A stretch of DNA of 64,000 nucleotides, from assembly GCA_964016885.1 (NCBI GenBank), contig OZ024748.1, positions 15,624,001 through 15,688,000 of the forward strand, given 5' to 3'. Below the pieces are notes generated by a model. It had not been told where the DNA came from, searched no databases, and saw only the letters and a program-made list of their open reading frames with translations. A program made the position numbers and the translations under genes. Shown here piece by piece: positions 24,836-38,326 of this stretch (its first letter is position 1; every line of letters starts with the position of its first letter). The stretch comes from Eledone cirrhosa. Its lineage: Eukaryota.

Positions 24836-25237
24836 GCAAAGTTTTCTTTAAATTGTTGGGTTAACAACGAGTAAATATTTATAACTGATATAAAGCACTC
24901 AACAAGTATTTGGAGTATATTTACGATATTAAGTAAATGGAAACTATATTTATAAAACCATATTTATTTCATTATATATATTTCAAGGATATCATATTCT
25001 TTCTTTTTTTCTTTCTTTCTTTTTATAACTGTCCCTAATATTTTTTCCACTACCAATTCAACTTTTCAAATTGAAGTCGATGTTGAAAGGTATGTCGAAT
25101 CTATCTATTTATAAGACTGTTTATATTGTATTTTGTCTGAGGAAGGCATAGCATATTTTTAATATGATATCCCTGAAATATATATAACAAAATAAATATG
25201 GTTTTATAAATATAGTTTCCATTTATTTAATATCGTA
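24836..25237. mobile_element. Short non-coding PLE-like insertion with inverted terminal segment and hammerhead, in (TA)n
   Basis: 24924-24998 is the reverse complement of 25161-25237; homologous to 60274-60940. Confidence 0.75.
25129..25194 (+). ncRNA. Type I minimal hammerhead ribozyme
   Basis: Stem I TATTTTGT/ACAAAATA, core CTGAGGA, stem II AGG..CCT, GAAA, stem III T-ATAT-A (palindromic loop), cleavage triplet AUA. Confidence 0.85.
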
Positions 25238-25348
25238 TATATATATATATATAAAGATTTACATATACACAAACTAGATAAAGTTATAGATATGTTTTTG
25301 GCAACCATTCACGATGTTGCCAAATAATTCTAAGGACATAATTTATAG

Positions 25349-25380
<32 letters not shown>

Positions 25381-25536
25381 ATATCAAATAATAATCATAT
25401 TCGATTCATTTGCAAGCAAACAGCCTCAATACGCTGTTTTTTAGATGATCATCATCATCCTTTTGTCCTAATGGTGACAGAGAGAAACAATTGACAACAT
25501 TGTTTCTGGGTTATTGCCATTTGTCAACATTGGTGC

Positions 25537-25688
25537 ATTGGCAGTATCAGTAAAGGGTTGGACGCCATGTTCAAATCCCGCCGAGGTTAACTTTGCCTTT
25601 CATCCTTACGGGGGTCGATAAAATAAAGTACCAGTAATGCACTGAGTAATTGCTGGCCTTGTGCCTAAAGTAGAAACAATTATTATTA
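25537..25688 (+). mobile_element. Internally deleted SINE
   Basis: Same family as 3446. Confidence 0.8.
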
Positions 25689-26019
25689 TGGCAAACGATT
25701 TTATGGCAGGGTTGTCGATAAAAATATATATATTCTCAAGAGTTCTAATGAGTAACAGAAAAGAGATATACAACATTGACAAAGGGCAATAACCCAGAAA
25801 CAAAATAGTTGATTGTTTCTCTCTGCCATTGCTAGAACAAAACGATGCCAATAGTCATGTAAACAACATGGTATAGTGAAGCAGTTTGCTTGCAAACAAA
25901 TAGAATATTATTATTATTCAATATAAAATTCACGATTACATTTACATATCCGCTATATTAGAGTAAATAATCAAATCCTAATATTGGTTTTATATATATA
26001 TACACAGATGAAATATACG

Positions 26020-26077
<58 letters not shown>

Positions 26078-27652
26078 AAACCTAACTGTGATTCTGGCAA
26101 TTGATTTCTGCATGAACTGAAAAAAAATACCCGCAAAGATTAGTCAAATTGTTTATTACACACACACCACGGAAATGTGTGTGTGTGTATGCATATATGT
26201 ATATGCACATAGGCACACCCATGCAAGAAGCAAAATGTCAAATATATCTAACCGCCACATATACATCATACACACACACATAAATATATAAATACACATA
26301 CACAAATATATAAATACACATACACACACACATATATATAGATAGATATACATACACATATATACACACACACATAAATATATAGATATACATACACACA
26401 CACATAAATATATAGATATACATACACACACACATAAATATATAGATATACATACACACACACAAATATATAAATACACATACACACACACATATATATA
26501 GATAGATATACATACACATATATACACACACACACATAGATATACATACACATATGTATACATATATACACATTCATATATATACACACATATACACATA
26601 GTCATGCACACATACATACATATAAGCACACATATACATATAAGACATTATCAATCTACAGGCATACATCTTTCAAAGAATTGCCTTTAAACAGTTGACA
26701 TGTTAGTCATACATTATTACATCTTATGTTGCTGCATCTTATACATAAACACCTAAAGCACTTAGAATATCTTAAAAGCTTAGAAATAAATAGAGAATAA
26801 TTTGGATACTAAAGCACATCACATTAATATATATATTATATATATTTATATATTATATATATAATATATATTATATATATTATATATATATTATATATAT
26901 ATATATATATTATATATATATATATATATTATATATATATATATATATTATATATATATATATATATTATATATATATATAATATATATATATACACACA
27001 AATATATATATTTATATATATATATACACACAAATATATATATTTATATATATATATATACACACACATATATATAGATATATATATCTACATATACACA
27101 TATATATATATCTATATATCTATATATACGCATATATATATATCTATATATCTATATATACACATATATATATAACTATATGTACATATACATATATATG
27201 TACATATATATATCTATATCTATATATATATACCTATACATATAAATATATATATATATATAGAGAGAACGTGAGCAAAAGAGAGACAGAGAGAGAAGGC
27301 GGAGAGAGAGTGGGGTAGAAAGAGAGAGAATGTGAGAAAGGGAAAAAAAACTAAAATTACATCTAGTGCTGCTGAGGCAAGCAGCTGTACTTTAATACAT
27401 TTCAACTAGATCAATAACCTCAGCCTTAAGACATCACTTAGAAATAACTTTCATTTACTATACATGCAAATAACTCATATTATTATCATTGTTTTTATAT
27501 ACATATATAGACATCTGGTTGTTTACTCCATGTTTGCATAGGTTGGACAGGGTTTTTTATGGAATTCTATGTGCCACGGCTAGAATTAATCCAATTTGAC
27601 TAATTACATCTGATTAGTTCTCACATTAGAGTAATCAACTGTTGGCTCATCA

Positions 27653-28178
27653 AATCATCATCGTTTAACGTCCATCTTCCATGCTAGCATGGGTTAGACG
27701 GTTTTATTCCATTTGATGCGGGAATGGTCAGGAGACCGTGTCTTGCTTGTACGGAAGTGTCTCTGGCAGGTTTTTTTTTTACAGCTGGATGCCCTTCCTA
27801 GCACCTACCACATTTACAGTGTGGACTGGGAGCCTTTTTACTGTGTTTCCTACACGACCACCTTACAGTGTCGACTGTTGTCATCAACAGTGGGTGGAAC
27901 AGAAATGGGAGGATGGGGTAGGGTGTGTGGCGTGGCGTGTATATTTGGTTAAGAGGTGCTTACTGACTGAAGGTTTGTATGCAAGGGAAGGCAGGTCTTC
28001 TGTACAACTGCATGGCGCCAAAGCCCTCGCTCCAGAGACATTGTCTAAATGAGCAAGGTCAGTTTTTATCACCTCGTCCCAGGTTTTTCTTGGTCTACCC
28101 ACTTCATAGCTTCCATCAATTTTCATTGCCCTGCACTTTTTTATACAGCTGTCGTCCTTCATACACATCACATGGCCA
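27653..28178 (-). mobile_element. RTE LINE 3' fragment (related subfamily)
   Basis: [37 protein letters not shown] plus 3'UTR and tail. Confidence 0.85.
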
Positions 28179-29066
28179 AATATATATATGTAACAACACA
28201 TTGCCATGTATATATGTATGTGTAAAACACAAATGTACCCCACCTATTTGAAGGGGTTCCAGCATCAGTGTAATATATTCTCACCTCATCAAGTATCCCT
28301 AACAACACACTGCAATACATATATAATACTCAATTGGGCATTTCAATGGGGGCCTCACACTCTCAAAGAGACACCAAACTGTCAAGGGGCCCCACTAGAT
28401 ACATGTAAATACACAATACACTCCATCATTGATTACTTTTAAGCAAATGAAAGAACTGTAGGATGTGGTAATCAGTGAGGCTGAGGGCAATATAAACTAT
28501 ATACAATGTATATATATAAATATATATACACACACACACGTACACATGTGCATATACACACACACACGTGTATATATGCATATATATATATATACATGTA
28601 TATATATATATATATATACGTGCATATATGCATATATATATTTATGTATGTATATACATATATATATATGTGCACATGTGCTATTTTTCTCACCAGCATC
28701 TTGCTAGTGTGCATTGATCTCTGTAAAAAAATGATAGAATAAAGATTAAAAGTATAAAGAGAATATATATATATATATATACCATCATCATAGCATAGCT
28801 AGCAGAAACTAACTAATCAAGAAGTATAACAACATTTTTCTGTAAGATCTTAAAATACAGGCTTTTCACAACAATCTTGTTTTCGAATAATGATGTTTTC
28901 TATTACATTTGTTTCATAGAAATAGAAATAACATTGTTTTAACAGATGGAATAAATCATAAATAATTTTTATCTGGACATCAATTTATGTATATTTAATG
29001 ATATATAAAGACATATACGTTTGTAAATTATTGTTGTCATTGAATAATAGGGCTATTCAAATCTAC

Positions 29067-29198
29067 ACGTCAGATGAGCAGATTGAAGAAATATTTTCAT
29101 GAAAAATCTACACATTTCTTGAGAAGATCGATACTGGAAAAAGTTCTTTCATATTTATTAAGACCTAGAGCTGATTGTCTGCGAAACACGTGTTACGT
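29067..29198 (+). ncRNA. Decayed type I hammerhead ribozyme
   Basis: ACGT-CAGATGA-GCAGA...TCTGC-GAAA-CACGTG-TT-ACGT; core U4 replaced by A. Confidence 0.6.
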
Positions 29199-29600
29199 TC
29201 GATAATGAATAACTTCGTTCTCTGATACATAATGTAAACATTCAGCTGACGACTAACATACAATACACCATTATCATGTGAAGTACACCCTTTCTATTGG
29301 CATCAACCTGTTTACGTAGCAGCATTGGGTGCTTGTATTGGTGTCACAGTGATTAATAAACAATTTAAATAGCCTGTACATATATACATATATATATATG
29401 TAAGAATATTTTCGAAACAGCGAGCGGGTTTGAAATTATTATAAATGTAAGCTATCGCCGTAATTTGACTAAAGAAATTAAAGAAATTATTTAGCCTGAT
29501 AGTGGGGTTAAGAACCCTCGGAGAAATGGAAAAAGATGAGTATTGACGGATTTAGCTTCATGCATAGCTGTATACAGATATGTATTAGAATTTTGTATTT

Positions 29601-29990
29601 CTAAAGAACTCTGCCTGCAGATTCATTGAGACGTTTAACATGCCTTGCTAATGCGAGCCTCGTACTTCTTATGATGTCAGAAAAGCTAAGGTGTGAGCAG
29701 TAGAGCGATTTACATGCTGCGTGTGTTCTCCAGGATATGTTCTGGACCTTTATCAGCATTAGCGTCAATATACCATTAATCCTCTTAGTGGGTGTTTTTG
29801 TTAGTGTCCATGATTCAGGTCTGTAATCGAGAATGTGTGTAGATGAATTGGGAGAGACCAACTACCACGCTGAAGGATGTTCTTGAAGATAACACCAGGT
29901 TGAATGCAATGGAAATTCAAACAGGATGAGCTGGAGGAGGAGCTCCGTCATAGCACCAGTAACAGATGTAGAGGAGGAGGAGGAGGAGGA
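29601..29990. mobile_element. RTE-like LINE fragment with 5' inversion
   Basis: Minus segment ESWTLTK..NISWRTH..RLALARHV; plus segment (G)RPTTTLKDVLEDNT.. ending in (GAG)n. Confidence 0.7.
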
Positions 29991-30658
29991 AATGATATTT
30001 AACTGAAGAAAAAAGAAAAAAGAAGAAAAGAAGAAAAGAAGAAAAAGAAGAAAAAGAAGAAAAAAGAAAAGAAGAAAAAGAAGAAAAAGAAGAAAAAGGA
30101 AAAAATATTTACTGGGAATGTAACTCAAATTATTAAAACTATTCACCAAACATTGAACAACAGGTATACTCATTTGACTATTTTCTACTCATTTATCAAC
30201 ATTACAGAGAAGCATGACAAATTTTGAATCGAGTACACAACAATAAAGATTTCATATTCCAGCAATATTTTCAAAAGCCTTTTAAAACTGTCATGAGATA
30301 ATTAATTGCTAAAATAGCAAAGGTAGATAGATGTCAATTATTATAGTTGTAATCATTTATATTTATTTCTATCATGCAACAGAAACAAATTGAGATGGAA
30401 TATCTATCTAGAAGACAAATCAAAATTCCCCTTATTATTTCATATTTTTAAACATTCTGCCAACGTAAATCTCTTTCAAAACTTTCAAATTCCCATTTCA
30501 ACTCCTAAATATCATACCAAGAATTCAGAAGGATATTGTCAACCAATCTGCTAAAAATTGGAAACAAAAATCACCATCGTCATCAAACGCCCATCTTCCT
30601 TGCTAGCAAGAGTTGGCTGACTCATTACAGACTGAGTCAGTACCCAGGTGGAACTAAT

Positions 30659-30736
30659 CTACTGACCTCTCAGATGGACTAGAGTTGGGGAGCTTGCCTA
30701 CTGACCTCTCAGATGGACTAGAGTTGGGGAGCTTGC
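30659..30736. repeat. 39-bp perfect tandem duplication
   Basis: CTACTGACCTCTCAGATGGACTAGAGTTGGGGAGCTTGC x2. Confidence 0.9.
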
Positions 30737-31779
30737 ATCTTGTTTAATTATGTAGCCAAACACAGCTGAATGCTTGGGTGGGCTTGTGGGCGCCAAATCT
30801 TGCTTATATAATTACATACAATCCTGTACTCTACTGAGTGCATTTGATCATGGTTTTTACATATATATCTGTAGGCAGTAGAGTCTTCTGAAGTTAAAAA
30901 CGATGTGCTGTTGCATATTTTATCATTATTTTCCTTGGTGTGGAGGAGAGAAGGAGAGAAGACAAAGGATAATAAAATAAGGAAGCAATAATTAGAAAGG
31001 GAAATAAAAAATATATTATGTCATAATTCTTTTATCATTTGTATCATTTTTATTTTAAAAAAAATAACCAGACGATGTGTCATTTATCTATAAATCACTT
31101 TTGTTTTATATTCATCAGTTAATTTTTGATTTAGTTAAAACCAAGGATAGAGGCATTTTTTATGAAGAACCATCTTTTGTCATCATTATCCTATCATCAT
31201 CATTATCATTGTTAATATTATCACTACTACTACCATTATTGCTATTATTATTATTATCATTATTATTATTATTATAATTTCCACATTGTCTAGCAATCAC
31301 AAAGAAATCTTCTTCGAATTTTGTTGTAAAGCCACTCTCTCTGTCTTTTATGACATTTTATATAAACCGAAGGAATATGTCAATATTCTCAGCAATTATT
31401 CTGCCAGTCTTTTGTTTTACGGCATTACCATCTATACTCATAAATTCTGAGATTGATTTTCCCTTCATTTTCATTATTATCACCCTTGATATTATTATCA
31501 TCACCATCATCATCATCATTATTATTATTATTATTTCAAGATCAGATTTACTTTTTAATCAAAAACTAACTTGAACAATTTTATTTTTTAATTTCATTTT
31601 AAATTTAGTAGTTATTTGAAAAAAAGTAATCTTTTTTTCTGGAGAGGGGTGGGCTGGGTGGGGTGGTGACAATTTAAATAATAACAACAACAACAATAAT
31701 AATGCTTTCTTTATTAACCACAAGTGTTGACATAAAGTATAACATTAAGGACAGCATAGGATGGTTCAGGACGCAACAA

Positions 31780-31990
31780 TAATGGTTTCTTTATAGAGGC
31801 ACAAGGCCAGCAATTTTGGGGGAAAGGAAAGTCGATTAAATCGACACCAGTGCATTACTGGTGCTTTATTTTTTCGACCCCATAAGGATGAAAGGCAAAG
31901 CTAACCTCGGTGGGATTTGAACTCAGATCATAAAGGGGTGTAACTATGCTGCTGTCCGACGCTCTACCGATACTGCCAAGCCACCGCCCT
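31780..31990 (-). mobile_element. SINE
   Basis: Reverse complement of the 3446 family. Confidence 0.85.
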
Positions 31991-32886
31991 CAACAATAAT
32001 AAATCTCATTAAAATATATCTTAAATATCAATTGTTTAGTGTGAGTTTAGTGCTGGTAACTATGAAAGAAATGCCATTAATATGAAACAAAATTACAATT
32101 TTCAATTATCTCTCCTATTGGGTCAAGCAAATTTGTAAAATAAATTCCTTATTTTTGTTATAGCCTATTTTTTATACACACACAACAATCCACACTGTAT
32201 CAGCCTGTACAGTCTCTATTGTTTGCTTAATGTCAGCCCTGTATGATTAATAAAGAAACCTTTGTTATTCGCCCTATTGAAGAATTTGTACTGTTATAAT
32301 TATATTGTTTATTAATGTTTTTTATATTGTCTACTCGGGGGGGGGGGGGGGGGTTCTGTAAAATCCCCCACTGCCCCTGCCTTGTCCCCTATATGTCGAC
32401 CGCTTGTGGCCAATAAAGAAATTATAGTTATTGGGTCAAATATGAAATTCGTAGAAATTTGTAGAAATTTGTAGAAATTTGTACAAGAATAAATCAAATG
32501 TCTACAAATTTCATACTTGACGACACAATATTATTCAGTATTTTCTTTATTACATAGCTCTGTGTGCCTTGGGTATGTGCAGTGTTGTTTTAGGTGGCGG
32601 TGTTTCTGTTGTCTCGTGAGTACACTTCATATGTGTACAGTACATAGTAGTGCTATTTTCTATATGCTGATATATATTGATAAGTACTGGAGTTTTTAAT
32701 TTTTTAGCTTTCTTGAAGAATCATTAGAATGCTGGGAAAATGTTTTGAGATATTTCTTCCATCTCTACATCTTGAATTCAAATCCTACTATGGTCAATAT
32801 TGACTTTTGTCCTTCACAGTGCTATAAAATAAACTACCAGTCATGCACTAAGGTTGATGTATTCAATTTTCACCTATACCTAAAGC

Positions 32887-33068
32887 TGCAGTATCGGTAG
32901 AGCGTCAGACGCCATGCTTTGCAAGCATAGAGTTATGGCCCTTTATGGTCCGAGTTCAAATCCCGCTGAGATTAACTCTGCCTTTCATCCTTACTGGGTC
33001 GATAAAATAAAGTACCAGTAATGCACTGGGATAATTGCTGGCCTTGTGCCAAAAGTAGAAACAATTAT
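32887..33068 (+). mobile_element. SINE
   Basis: Same family as 3446. Confidence 0.85.
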
Positions 33069-33177
33069 ATATATATATATGTGTCTAGTAAGAACTTAGA
33101 TATATTTAAGCCGTAGAGAATCTGAAGCACGTGGTGCGAGTTTTATATATATATGTATATATATAAATCGACAGTCG

Positions 33178-33385
33178 ATCGACCGTCAAATTGGACCAAG
33201 GAAACAATGTTTCCGTTGGTCTTTCCAATTGCTGAAACTATCCATCGGTCGCAACTCCAGGTAGAAGGAGCAACGTAAAATAAAGTGTCTTGCTCAAGGA
33301 CATAACGCATCGCAAGGTCCAGGAATCGAACTCACAACCTCACGATTGGGAATCCAATTCTCTAACCACCCAGCTATGCGCCTTC
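33178..33385 (-). mobile_element. Second tRNA-SINE family, well-preserved copy
   Basis: Head GGCGCATAGCTGGGTGGTTAGAG..GAGTTCGATTCC on the minus strand. Confidence 0.85.
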
Positions 33386-33456
33386 AACCCTTTTACTCCC
33401 TCCCATATATTGGGATGCCGCGGTAAATGTGAGGGTCACTGTTTCCCTTGTGGAAC

Positions 33457-33493
<37 letters not shown>

Positions 33494-33559
33494 CACTCTC
33501 AAGCGTGAAACTAAAAACCTACCATCTGTACTGCCTCTCTGTTTTTTTGTTCTCTGTTC

Positions 33560-33610
<51 letters not shown>

Positions 33611-33694
33611 AATAAAGGAAGGTCTGCGGGACTGCGTACAGTTTTTTTGTTTTTTTATCCCGTTTGTAAAATAAGTTGGATTACTTTGAATAAA

Positions 33695-33880
33695 TTATTG
33701 TTTCTACTTTTGGCACAAGGCCACCAATTGCCCAGTGTATTACTGGTACTTTATTTTATCGACCCCGTAAGGATGAAAGGCAAAGTTAACCTCGGCGGGA
33801 TTTGAACTCAGAATGGCAAGGGCCGTAACTCTATGCGTCAAAGCATGGCGTCCGACCCTCTACCGATACTGCCAATCCAC
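33695..33880 (-). mobile_element. SINE
   Basis: Reverse complement of the 3446 family. Confidence 0.85.
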
Positions 33881-33984
33881 ATAAATAATGAATGAATATT
33901 ACATAATTTATCTACTAAATTTCGTGGCTGTTCATTAAGTATATTTTGTTTATTTAAAGATTAACTTCTTTAAAATTTCTGAAA

Positions 33985-34040
33985 TGTCAACACTTCCGGT
34001 GGCGATCGCTTAAATAAACATACTAATTTTACGTCACTAA
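33985..34040. promoter_or_regulatory. Possible promoter (ETS and CRE-like motifs)
   Basis: CACTTCCGG (ETS consensus) at 33991-33999 and TTACGTCA at 34029-34036, in locally CpG-retaining unique sequence; motif evidence only. Confidence 0.3.
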
Positions 34041-34683
34041 TTTTCTCCTAATGCAGTTTATATATATAATGTCTTTTTTAATGTATCATGGATTACGTTA
34101 CTGATTAAAGAAGACAGTGTAACTCAGTCTTCGTTCAATTTCTATGTATTATATATTGTCAATTACGATTTTATTTGATGTATCATATCTACATGTATAT
34201 ATACCCGCGTATAATATTAATATACACACTACACAAGAGTGGTTTTTCTGCTAGTATATATAAACATGTAAAATTAATCGTAAAAATGATGATAAATTCT
34301 GTGACACACACACACACACAAGTGTGTGCGAGGCCGCCATTAATGTCATTGTTGTCAACGATATCTGCAACAACTTTCCTCTTTTTTTCGTTTGTCTAGT
34401 TTCTTCTTTTTTTTCCTTTGACAACGGTCGTTGTTTTTGTTTGCTTTTTTTTTTTCGTTTTTATAACATATTTAATGGGTTTAGTTAAAATGAAATTATA
34501 ACTATGACATACCAAAACAACATAAGTGATAGACCAATAAAACATCAAAGCTCTTCCTTCAAAAGAACGTTGTCCACATACTATAATATATATATATCAC
34601 ATGTTGTTTAAACCCAGATCAGCCTGATCAAACAGAACTATGATCAAAAGCACTTTTTTTATTTTTTGCAGACAGTGCATCTC

Positions 34684-35076
34684 TTAACCCTTTTGCATTT
34701 AAACCGGCCATATCCGGCCAGAATTCTCTCACTTCTTTCTGTTTATACTGGCCAATCATACTGATGTTAAGGTATTCTCAAAATAAATAATTGTTTCTAG
34801 TTTTGGCACAAGCCCAGCAATTATCCCAGTGCGTGACTAGTACTTTATTTTTTGAACCCCCGTAAGAATGAAAGGCAAAATTAACCTCAACGGGATTTGA
34901 ACTCAGACCGTAAAGGGACGTAACTCTATGCTGCTAAGGATGGCGTCCGACCCTCCACCGATACTGCCAATCCACCGCCCTTGCCAATTCACCAGATTCG
35001 ATATTATGTGAGGTAAAGACTTTACCGTGAAAATACAATAGTATATATAGAATAATGTAAATGGTAAAGGGTTAAT
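34684..35076 (-). mobile_element. piggyBac-type MITE with nested SINE (~34790-34982)
   Basis: TTAACCCTTTTGCATTTA...GGTAAAGGGTTAA; internal antisense SINE. Confidence 0.8.
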
Positions 35077-36484
35077 GAATTATTCTTTTTTCTCCTTTTG
35101 AGATAGCCGAATTTCCTTCATATTACACTCTTCTACTATTTCTAGCCTTGTCAAACGACTATGTACATCAGGGTTCTCAAAACATGCGACCCGCAAGCCA
35201 CCTTTCTACGGTACGCAGTAGAACAAAGTTTGTGACTAATATTTTTCTAAAATTTGTTGATTTGCCCTGTTTTAATAATGGTTTCTACTTTTGGCACATA
35301 GCCAACAATTTTTGTGTGTGTGTGTGGGGGGGGGGGTCGATGAAACCGACTCCAGTCCATTACTGGTACTTTATGATTTTACATAAAATTATGATAGAAA
35401 TGTTTTAGATAAATGTTTTAAAACAAACATACTTTTGTTTTAAATCATAGAACCAGGGTAAGTTTCTTTTCGTTCGCTATCAAAAGGGTTAAAATAAAAC
35501 GGCCATATTCAGATTGGAACAATGTATTCCATTAAAGCAAATATTGCTAACAGAAAGTGTGTAAGTTAGAGTTAGAACTATGTTGTCAAATCTACTTTGT
35601 TAGAGCTTATTTTCGCATGTTTAGTCATATCTCAAATAATAATTGTAGTATTCACAAGTGTCTTTCATAGGATTTTGTAGTCTAAATATATATATTATAG
35701 GTTGAAGCGCGACAGAAGATAATGAAACCCTTTTTATGAAACAATGAAATTACTTCTTACTAAGAGGGTCTATGTTATGAATAGAGAGATATTAGTAAGC
35801 ATGTAACAATTCAGTTAACACGTAGAATATGAAAACAGGAACTGCTACAATGAAAAGGGTGTAAAAGTTCAAAAGAACTGGTGAAAACTTGTAGAAGGAA
35901 ATACGATAAAAGGGATTGAAAGGTTATTTATATTAACCAAGATGGATTTCCATGGAAATGGAAAGCGGTGGACTACAGAAGTTTTAAGTTTTCATACAAT
36001 CAGTCAGTTACCATTCAAAGGGAAAGGAAACTAAAAAGAACACAAACCCACCAATCGCTTTCAACTACTCGTAAGACATAGAAGAAGTTAAAGGGTGAAG
36101 ATCAAAGGTCCCCCCTTGTAACAATGACTCTATAGAAATGAATACAGAATAAAAGTAGCGATGACTTCCAATTAAGTTCTTACAGACTTATGATATAGCA
36201 AAAGCCGACTGAACAAAGCATTCAATTAGCATTTCATTTGCAAACTTTCAAAATTCAATGATAATAATAACCATGATAATAATAATAACAGTAATAATAA
36301 TATCAGACAAGAACAGGAATGAAATAAATATCAATAGTTAGTGAGCCAAAACATTCGTAGGAGGATCAAATTAAATTAACGCGTTGGTCTGTATATAAGA
36401 CACACTTCTTTTTTAACCACCAAATGCGACGTCAAAGTCTGCTTCTGTCATATACATTAAAGGTGTATATATTATACGTGTATT

Positions 36485-37122
36485 GGGCGGTGGATTGGTA
36501 GAGAACGTTAGGTAGACAAATGCTTAGCAGTATTTGTTGCGGGTCTTTACGTCCTGAGTGCAAATCCCGCTGAGGTTAGCTTTGCCTTTCGTCCTTACAG
36601 GGTGGATAAAATAAAGTACCAGTAACACACTGGAGTCGATTTAATCGACTTTCACCCCAGACCTCGAAATTACAGGCCTAGTGCCAAATCAGAAACCATT
36701 ATCAGATTGCAGTAATCGGTAGAGCGTCGGACACCATGCTTTGCAGCACCGAGTTATGGCCCTTTACATTCTGAGTTCAAATCCCGCCGAGGTTAGCTTT
36801 GTCTTTCGTCCTTACAAGATCGATAAAATAAAGTACCAGTAACGTGCTGGGGTCAATTTAATCGACTTTCTCCCCACGGCCCCGAATTGCTGGCCTTGTG
36901 CCTGAATCAGAAACCATTATTATAAATATTATTTCCCCTTTGGCAGTATCGGTAGAGGGTCGGATGCCATACTTTGACGTATAGAGTTACGGCCCTTGCC
37001 AATCTGAGTTCAAATCCCGCCGAGGTTAACTTTGCCTTTCATCCTTACGGGGTCGATAAAATAAAGTACCAGTAATGTACTGAATAATTGCTGGCCTTGT
37101 GCCAAAAGTAGAAACAATTATT
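36485..37122 (+). mobile_element. Three head-to-tail SINE copies
   Basis: B-box-type and GATAAAATAAAGTACCAGT motifs three times. Confidence 0.85.
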
Positions 37123-37659
37123 GCCCATTTGTTAAGACACAACCTTCGCCCCTTTTCTTTTGTACTCGTTCTTTTTATCATTACGATAACGTAAACATAT
37201 TTAAAAAAAATAATAATAATAACGAAACTGATGTGAAAGGAAACCAAGGGAGGCCAGCAGGGCAAGAATATTTGGGCAGAAAGTAATGTTTATATGAATA
37301 AAATAAACAAAGTTAAAACGTGTTTGCTCGTTTGTTAATCTTTCCATTCTAATATTCACAGAGAAATAAATAAATAATACTTTATAAATTGTTTATCTTG
37401 AAGAATTCAAAGCCAAATTCGATTATTGCTGATGTTATAAACGATAATTTCCAGCAACTAAATTAGAAATAATAACAAAATTCTATGAATTTAACGAAAT
37501 GAATAGTCTTCCTTTCTTCTAGATATAATGATGGACCAACTCCTGTGAAGCCAGTCACATTGAAAAGGTGAAAAGGGGTCATTAAATTAAATGCTTTAGA
37601 GTTCACAAATTGACAAAGCTTATAATACAGCCTGTCTTTATACATACATTTAAATACTT

Positions 37660-38293
37660 ACATAAATATATACATATATATACATCTATGTATACATATA
37701 TATATACATCTATGTATACATATATATATACATCTATGGATACATATATATATACATCTATGTATACATATATATATACATCTACGTATACATATATATA
37801 TACATCTATGGATACATATATATATACATCTATGGATACATATATATATAAACATCTATGTATACATATATATATAAACATCTATGTATACATATATATA
37901 TAAACATCTATGTATACATATATATATATATATATACATATGTATACATATATATATATATATACATATGTATACATATATATATATATATACATATGTA
38001 TACATATATATATATATATACATATGTATACATATATATATGTATACATATATACATATATATATATATATGTATACATATATATATATGTATACATATA
38101 TATATATGTATACATATATATATATGTATACATATATACATATGTATACATATATATATATGTATACATATATACATATGTATACATATATACATATGTA
38201 TAAATATATACATATGTATACATATATATATACATATGTATACATATATATATACATATATATATATATACATATGTATACATATATATATAC

Positions 38294-38326
<33 letters not shown>

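Noticed and set aside
35880-36080. Purine-rich stretch resembling coding sequence
   Set aside because: Frames close within about 55 codons, with no clear splice signals or known motif.
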